From contig DAJPHG010000001.1 of assembly GCA_025992315.1 (NCBI GenBank), positions 810,070 to 874,069 of the forward strand: a DNA stretch of 64,000 nucleotides, read 5' to 3'. This DNA comes from Bacilli bacterium. Its GTDB lineage: Bacteria > Bacillota_I > Bacilli_A > RF39 > UBA660. The first letter of the stretch is position 1. Each line of letters starts with the position of its first letter. Below the pieces are notes generated by a model, which saw only the letters and a list, made by a program, of their open reading frames with translations, was not told where the DNA came from and ran no database searches. Both the position numbers and the translations under genes were made by a program. Below, piece by piece: positions 58,782-64,000 of this stretch.

Positions 58782-59759
58782 ATGAAAAAGAGAAAAATAA
58801 TATTTTTGCTATTATCTATTATCATATTCCCATTAAATGTTTTTGCTTATTCTAATTATGTTATTCCTGGTGGAGAAAATGTTGGAATTGAGATAAATAG
58901 CAAAGGGATAATGGTTATAGGGTTTTATAAAATTAATGGAAAATTAAATAAAGGAAATCCTGAAATAAAAGTAGGTGACCAGATATTAAAAGTAAAAGAT
59001 AAAGATGTATCTACTACAGATGAATTAATTAATGCGATTGATAAATATAGAAAAGATAATAATGTAGAAATCACAATATTACGAAATAATAATAAAAAAG
59101 TAGTTAATTTAGAGCTGATTTTAGTTGACAATATTTATAAAACGGGTCTTTATGTAAAAGATAATATTACAGGAATTGGAACATTAACATATATAGATCC
59201 GGAAACTCTTATATATGGAGCTTTGGGTCATCAAGTAGCTGAAAGTAACTCTAATAAAACTGTAGAGGTGAAAAGTGGAATAATTTTTAGAAGTTATGTC
59301 ACAAGTATAGATAAGAGTGCAAGGGGAAATCCAGGAGGCAAAAATGCTAAGCTTGATTATAATACTAAATATGGCAGCATTTTAAGCAATACAGAATATG
59401 GCATTTTTGGAAAATATACAGAAACTTTGCCGAGTAAAGAAACGGTTCAAGTTGCAACAGCAGATGAAATAGAATTAGGAGAAGCTTATATATATACTGT
59501 CTTAAATGATGAAGATGTAGAAAAATTTAAAATAAATATTACTAAGATTGATAAAAGCAATGATATAAAAAATATATATTTTGAAGTTACTGATGAAACA
59601 TTGCTAGATAAAACTGGTGGTGTTGTCCAGGGAATGAGCGGATCTCCAATTATTCAGAATAATAAAATAATCGGTGGTGTCACTCATGTAATAGTTTCAA
59701 ATCCTACTACAGGAATGGGCATTTTTATAACCACTATGCTAAAAGAAGGGGAAAAGTAA
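58782..59759 (+). CDS. spoIVB: SpoIVB-type S55 peptidase (PDZ domain plus serine protease)
   Basis: Signal anchor, PDZ region, GALGH and QGMSGSPI catalytic motifs. Confidence 0.7.
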   Translation: MKKRKIIFLLLSIIIFPLNVFAYSNYVIPGGENVGIEINSKGIMVIGFYKINGKLNKGNPEIKVGDQILKVKDKDVSTTDELINAIDKYRKDNNVEITILRNNNKKVVNLELILVDNIYKTGLYVKDNITGIGTLTYIDPETLIYGALGHQVAESNSNKTVEVKSGIIFRSYVTSIDKSARGNPGGKNAKLDYNTKYGSILSNTEYGIFGKYTETLPSKETVQVATADEIELGEAYIYTVLNDEDVEKFKINITKIDKSNDIKNIYFEVTDETLLDKTGGVVQGMSGSPIIQNNKIIGGVTHVIVSNPTTGMGIFITTMLKEGEK

Positions 59760-59801
59760 TAAAAAATCTCTATAAAAATTATAGAGATTTTAATTATAAA
59801 A

Positions 59802-59830
59802 GAAAAAAACTTAGAAAATAAATTCTAAGT
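59802..59830 (-). terminator. Terminator for the minus-strand tRNA-Leu
   Basis: ACTTAGAA-aataa-TTCTAAGT with an A7 tract on the plus strand. Confidence 0.5.
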
Positions 59831-59843
59831 TTAATATCAATAT

Positions 59844-59931
59844 GGTGCCCAAGGCCGGACTTGAACCGGCACGGGCTTTAACACCCGCAGGATTTTAAGT
59901 CCTGTGCGTCTACCAATTCCGCCACTTGGGC
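59844..59931 (-). tRNA. tRNA-Leu (anticodon TAA), long variable arm, CCA encoded
   Basis: The reverse complement reads GCCCAAGTGGCGGAATTGGTAGACGCACAGGACTTAAAATCCTG...CCTTGGGCACCA. Confidence 0.85.
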
Positions 59932-60074
59932 AAAATAGGCACCATGTCTTTTTAAGACTATTAAAGTATAACCTAAATTTAGTATATTTTCAAGTATTAT
60001 TTAGAAATTTTTATAAAAAATTGCAAAAAAATAACTTTATGTAAATGTTTTATAAAATTAACTATATATATTTG

Positions 60075-60104
60075 TTGACAACCAATTTTTAATTATGCTA
60101 TAAT
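60075..60104 (+). promoter_or_regulatory. Consensus sigma-A promoter for the tRNA operon
   Basis: TTGACA, 18-nt spacer, TATAAT. Confidence 0.6.
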
Positions 60105-60134
60105 CTTATTGTTGTCAGACGAATTAATCAATGT

Positions 60135-60227
60135 GGAGGAATACCCAAGTCTGGCTGAAGGGACCGGTCTTGAAAACCGGAAGGTCGGGTAACCGGCGCA
60201 GGGGTTCGAATCCCTTTTCCTCCGCCA
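60135..60227 (+). tRNA. tRNA-Ser (anticodon TGA)
   Basis: 93 nt, long variable arm, anticodon loop CTTGAAAAC, CCA encoded. Confidence 0.85.
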
Positions 60228-60237
60228 TTTAATTTAT

Positions 60238-60314
<77 letters not shown>

Positions 60315-60317
60315 TTT

Positions 60318-60393
60318 GGTTCCGTAGTGTAGCGGTTATCACGTCTGCCTGTCACGCAGAAGATCGCGGGTTCAATTCCCGTCGGAACCGCCA
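60318..60393 (+). tRNA. tRNA-Asp (anticodon GTC)
   Basis: Anticodon loop CTGTCAC; 76 nt with CCA. Confidence 0.85.
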
Positions 60394-60396
60394 TTT

Positions 60397-60472
<76 letters not shown>

Positions 60473-60514
60473 GAATGTTAGGAAACTCAAGCCTTTAGAG
60501 TTTGAAGAATATAT

Positions 60515-60540
60515 ACTAGTTAGCAATAACTAGTTTTTTT
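60515..60540 (+). terminator. Terminator after the tRNA cluster
   Basis: ACTAGTT-agcaata-AACTAGT followed by T7. Confidence 0.6.
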
Positions 60541-60694
60541 ATGTATTAAATATAAATATTTTATTAATATATTGAATAAATATTAAAAATTTGTTATTGG
60601 ATATGCTCTTAGTTTAAATGAAGCATTAGCTTTAAAAGTTTTAGCTATAGGAGTAATACCTATTATAATTACAGAACTTGTTATTGCCTTATTA

Positions 60695-61171
60695 ATGGGG
60701 ATTAGAATTAGAAAAATGCATCCTATAACGGCAAGAATATGTTATTGTCTATTTTGTATAACAACAGGAATAACATTTTCAACTATTTTTATGACTTATT
60801 CATTAAATTCTTTGATGTCAATATTTTTAATTAGTGGGATTATATTTGGATGTCTTGCTTTATATGGATACAAAACTAATAAAGATTTAGGCAGATTTGG
60901 TACTATTTTATTAGTAACATTATTAATTATAATAATATCTTCAATTTTAAACTTTTTGATATTTAAAAGTAGTGGAGTTGAATTAGGCTTAAGTGCTTTA
61001 GGGGTATTAATATTCTGCGGATATATTGCTTATGATATGCAAAAAGTTAAAATGTTAATTCCTGCTATTGGTGAAGATAAAGCTGCTATATATGGTGCAT
61101 TTGAATTGTATTTAGACTTTATTAATTTATTTATAAGATTATTAGAATTATTTGGAAAAAGAGACGATTAA
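60695..61171 (+). CDS. BAX-inhibitor-1/YccA family membrane protein, apparently N-terminally short
   Basis: C-terminal AYDMQKV...AAIYGAFELYLDFINLFIRLLELFG matches the BI-1 family. The in-frame upstream 36 codons are hydrophobic but lack a start codon. Confidence 0.5.
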   Translation: MGIRIRKMHPITARICYCLFCITTGITFSTIFMTYSLNSLMSIFLISGIIFGCLALYGYKTNKDLGRFGTILLVTLLIIIISSILNFLIFKSSGVELGLSALGVLIFCGYIAYDMQKVKMLIPAIGEDKAAIYGAFELYLDFINLFIRLLELFGKRDD

Positions 61172-61212
61172 TTCTTTTTTATTTGACAAATGAATAAATT
61201 ATAATATATAAT

Positions 61213-61497
61213 TTGTTCATAAAGACATTGAAAAAGAAGAGTAGTAATATGATTTTTATAAAGTGAGTCTAGGATAGTGCAAACTAGATTAAAATAATAT
61301 TATGAAAAACGCTTTGGAGTTGCTTATCAAAAAAGAGTTAATCTTTAGTAGACTAAGTCGGTGGCTTACCGTTAACATAGCTTTGATTTGATTGGATCAA
61401 AAAAGAGATCATAAACTTTATGATAAATTGGGTGGCACCGCGGAAAGACTAGTTTCGTCCCATAGTATTTGGGAAATACGATACTAGTCTTTTTTAT
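61213..61497 (+). promoter_or_regulatory. T-box riboswitch leader with terminator/antiterminator upstream of asnB (promoter TTGACA at 61183, TATAAT at 61207)
   Basis: T-box AAATTGGGTGGCACCGCGG at 61426-61444; terminator AAGACTAGT...ACTAGTCTTTTTT at 61446-61496. Confidence 0.7.
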
Positions 61498-61524
61498 ATT
61501 TTATTAAAGAAAGAAGGAATTTAA

Positions 61525-63105
61525 ATGTGTAGCTTTTTAGTAAGTACTACAAGTAGTGTTGATGAACAACAATTTAAAAAATCTTTAGAGAAAATCCGAT
61601 ACCGTGGACCAGACATGAGTAGAATAATTAAAGACAAAGGAGTTTTTGGCTTTAACCGTTTATCTATAATGGGTCTTGATGAAACAGGGATGCAGCCTTT
61701 TACTGATAATGGAAGCATTGCGGTTTGCAATGGAGAACTTTATGCTTTTAGAAAATTAAAAAGAGAATTATGTGATGATGGAGTATCTTTTATAAGCGAA
61801 AGTGATTGTGAAATAATATTACCTTTGTTTAAAAAATATGGAGTGGAAATGTTTAAAAAGTTAGATGGGGAATTTGCTATGGTAATATATGATGCTAAAT
61901 CTGATTCATTTATAGCTGCAAGAGATCCATTTGGAATAAGAGGAATGTTTTATGGTTACTCTAAAATTGATAAAAAAATAATGTTTGCTAGTGAAGCAAA
62001 AGCTTTAATTGATTTGTGTGATGATATCAAACCATTTCCTATAGGGTCATATTATTTAGAAGGAAAGTTTGTGAAATATTTTGATGTAAGTAAAAGCAGC
62101 AATTATCATGATGATGATTTAGAAACTATTTATAAAAATATTAAACAAAAATTAATAGATGGCGTCAAAAAAAGATTAGATAGTGATGCACCAGTTGGCT
62201 TTTTATTAAGTGGTGGTTTAGATTCATCTTTAGTATGTTCTATAGCAGCTTTAGAATCTAAAAAGCCAATTAAAACATTTGCTATTGGGATGAGTACAGA
62301 TGCAATTGATTTAAAATATGCTAAAATTGTAGCTGACTATATTCATAGTGACCATACAGAAGTTATTATTACTAAAGATGATGTTATTAATGCTTTAGAA
62401 GAAGTTATTTACCATCTTGAAACTTGGGATATAACAACAATTAGAGCATCATTAGGTATGTATTTATTATGCAAATGGATTCATGAAAATACGGATATAA
62501 AAGTACTATTGACTGGAGAAATAAGTGATGAATTATTTGGTTACAAATATACTGATTTTGCCCCAAATGCTGTAGAATTTCAGAAAGAAAGTGAAAAAAG
62601 AGTTAGAGAGCTTTATATGTATGATGTTTTAAGAGCAGATAGATGCATATCTGGCTGTTCTTTAGAAGCAAGAGTTCCATTTGGTGATTTAGATTTTGTG
62701 GATTATGTTATGGGAATTGATCCTAAAAAGAAAATGAATGTATATAATAAAGGAAAATATTTGTTAAGAATGGCTTTTAAAGGTGATTATCTGCCAGACG
62801 AAATTTTAATGAGAGAAAAAGCGGCTTTTTCTGATGCTGTAGGACATTCTATGGTTGATTATATTAAAGAGTATGCTGAAGAAAAGTATAGTACTGAAGA
62901 ATATGAAGAAAAAATTAAAAAATATAAAAAACATACTCCATTTACTAAAGAATCTTTACTTTATCGCGAAATATTTGAAAAATATTATCCAGAATGTAGT
63001 GATTTTATAGTTGATTATTGGATGCCTAATAAGGCATGGGACGGATGTAACGTTAATGATCCTTCAGCAAGAGTTCTATCTAATTATGGTGATAGTGGAA
63101 AATAG
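61525..63105 (+). CDS. asnB: Asparagine synthetase (glutamine-hydrolysing)
   Basis: N-terminal MC nucleophile, GPD, SGGLDSS PP-loop. Confidence 0.85.
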   Translation: MCSFLVSTTSSVDEQQFKKSLEKIRYRGPDMSRIIKDKGVFGFNRLSIMGLDETGMQPFTDNGSIAVCNGELYAFRKLKRELCDDGVSFISESDCEIILPLFKKYGVEMFKKLDGEFAMVIYDAKSDSFIAARDPFGIRGMFYGYSKIDKKIMFASEAKALIDLCDDIKPFPIGSYYLEGKFVKYFDVSKSSNYHDDDLETIYKNIKQKLIDGVKKRLDSDAPVGFLLSGGLDSSLVCSIAALESKKPIKTFAIGMSTDAIDLKYAKIVADYIHSDHTEVIITKDDVINALEEVIYHLETWDITTIRASLGMYLLCKWIHENTDIKVLLTGEISDELFGYKYTDFAPNAVEFQKESEKRVRELYMYDVLRADRCISGCSLEARVPFGDLDFVDYVMGIDPKKKMNVYNKGKYLLRMAFKGDYLPDEILMREKAAFSDAVGHSMVDYIKEYAEEKYSTEEYEEKIKKYKKHTPFTKESLLYREIFEKYYPECSDFIVDYWMPNKAWDGCNVNDPSARVLSNYGDSGK

Positions 63106-63147
63106 CCTTTTATAAATTAAACAAATATAGTAAAATTAGATTGGTGA

Positions 63148-63417
63148 ATGATTATGAAATTACTAATTATTAATGCTATATGGAGTCCTATATTTAAAAT
63201 TACTAATAAAAATATAAAAGAAATTTCTAAAATATTTCCTGATCTTAAAATTATAGAATATGATTATGAATATGATAGTGAAAATATAAAATATTATAAT
63301 ATTGGCGAAATGCTGCCAGTTTTAATTCTTTTAGATGAACAAGGCTTTGAAAAAGGCAGATTAGTCGGCGAAAAAAGTGCAGATGAAATTAAAGAATTTA
63401 TTATTAAGAAAAGCTAG
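63148..63417 (+). CDS. Thioredoxin-fold protein lacking CXXC cysteines
   Basis: AIWSPIFKI in place of AEWCGPCK; C-terminal PVLILLDEQGFEKGRLVGEKSADEIKEFI. Confidence 0.45.
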   Translation: MIMKLLIINAIWSPIFKITNKNIKEISKIFPDLKIIEYDYEYDSENIKYYNIGEMLPVLILLDEQGFEKGRLVGEKSADEIKEFIIKKS

Positions 63418-63502
63418 ATAATCTAGTTTTTTTTATTGTATTTTATTGACTTTTCTCTCTAATTTTAATAATATTAATTTAGAGTAGAAGAGGATGTTTA
63501 AA

Positions 63503-64000
63503 ATGAAAAAGTATCAAATATCACAGTTTATATGTTTCTTTATAATTTTTTGCTTAGGTGCAGCTTTAATGATATATCCTTCATTAGGATTCAAAAATAT
63601 TAATCAATTATTTTTCTTAATTATGCTTATTTACGGATTTTTAAGCTATGTTTTATATATGTTAATTAGAAGAAAAGATGATTATGAATATCTTTATATA
63701 TCTTTAGCTTCAGTAATAATAGCAATGATAGAAGTATTTTTACCAAAAGAAAATGTTAATTTGGTGTTATCTTTATCACTAGTAGGATGGATGTCACTAG
63801 TTGCAATTATAAAATTAATAAAAGTAGATTATTATCATGATCGAAATGACATATTATGGTTTGTTAGATCTATTACGTTTGTTTTATTTTTAATAATAGG
63901 TACGTTAACAGCTGTTAATCTTTACTACAACATTGAAATTCAATCTTTAATGTTAGGATTCTTTTTGATTAGCGTTTCGATTTTAGAAGTATTTGATCCA
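63503..64000 (+). CDS. Polytopic membrane protein, partial (runs off the window end)
   Basis: RBS AGAGTAGAAGAGG; at least 5 hydrophobic helices. Confidence 0.3.
   Translation, partial: MKKYQISQFICFFIIFCLGAALMIYPSLGFKNINQLFFLIMLIYGFLSYVLYMLIRRKDDYEYLYISLASVIIAMIEVFLPKENVNLVLSLSLVGWMSLVAIIKLIKVDYYHDRNDILWFVRSITFVLFLIIGTLTAVNLYYNIEIQSLMLGFFLISVSILEVFDP

Overview
This window is a very AT-rich chromosomal segment from a spore-forming Firmicute, probably Clostridia-like. Evidence: a SpoIVB S55 peptidase, the ylbM(tmcAL)-yceD-rpmF-ylbD/ylbE arrangement, the standard genetic code, and GGAGG-type ribosome-binding sites. Almost all genes are on the + strand. (1) 1-11.1 kb is a cell-surface glycan locus. 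It opens with an APS kinase (cysC) and a PAPS-type sulfotransferase. Next come two GT4 glycosyltransferases, a DUF616-like transferase, a GT2 polyprenyl-phosphate glycosyltransferase paired with a GT-C-like polytopic membrane enzyme, and two SAM methyltransferases. It ends with an O-antigen-ligase/Wzy-like protein. The combination points to a sulfated and methylated surface polysaccharide or teichoic-acid decoration, which is rare in Firmicutes. (2) 11-13 kb holds an ogt pseudogene next to an intact tag (DNA-3-methyladenine glycosylase I), then a PAP2 phosphatase and dgkA (lipid-carrier recycling). (3) 13.1-18.5 kb is a five-gene ABC exporter cluster, followed by gmk, a Nudix hydrolase and a DUF1835-like gene. 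(4) 20.7-30.2 kb is a decayed integrated element. It contains a large-serine-recombinase N-terminal fragment with an internal stop and three copies of the first ~30 nt of rbgA, at 20959, 21820 and 30135; the third copy is the start of the intact rbgA. Inside are a ParA fragment, a monofunctional peptidoglycan glycosyltransferase, a BceRS/BceAB-type two-component plus ABC antimicrobial-peptide resistance module with a duplicated 43-nt operator, an XRE regulator and a C45/Ntn-hydrolase-like gene. (5) 30-64 kb is housekeeping: rbgA, rnhB, topA, polA, mutM, a YfhO-like membrane protein, tmcAL, yceD, rpmF, ylbD/ylbE-like genes, a type IV pilin, nfo, a class B PBP, rpmG (missed by the ORF track), efp, two pilin-like genes, nusB, a HipA-like kinase domain sitting where folD normally is, xseAB, spoIVB, five tRNAs (Leu on the minus strand; Ser, fMet, Asp, Phe), a BI-1-family gene lacking an N-terminus, a T-box leader before asnB, and a thioredoxin-fold protein with no CXXC motif.
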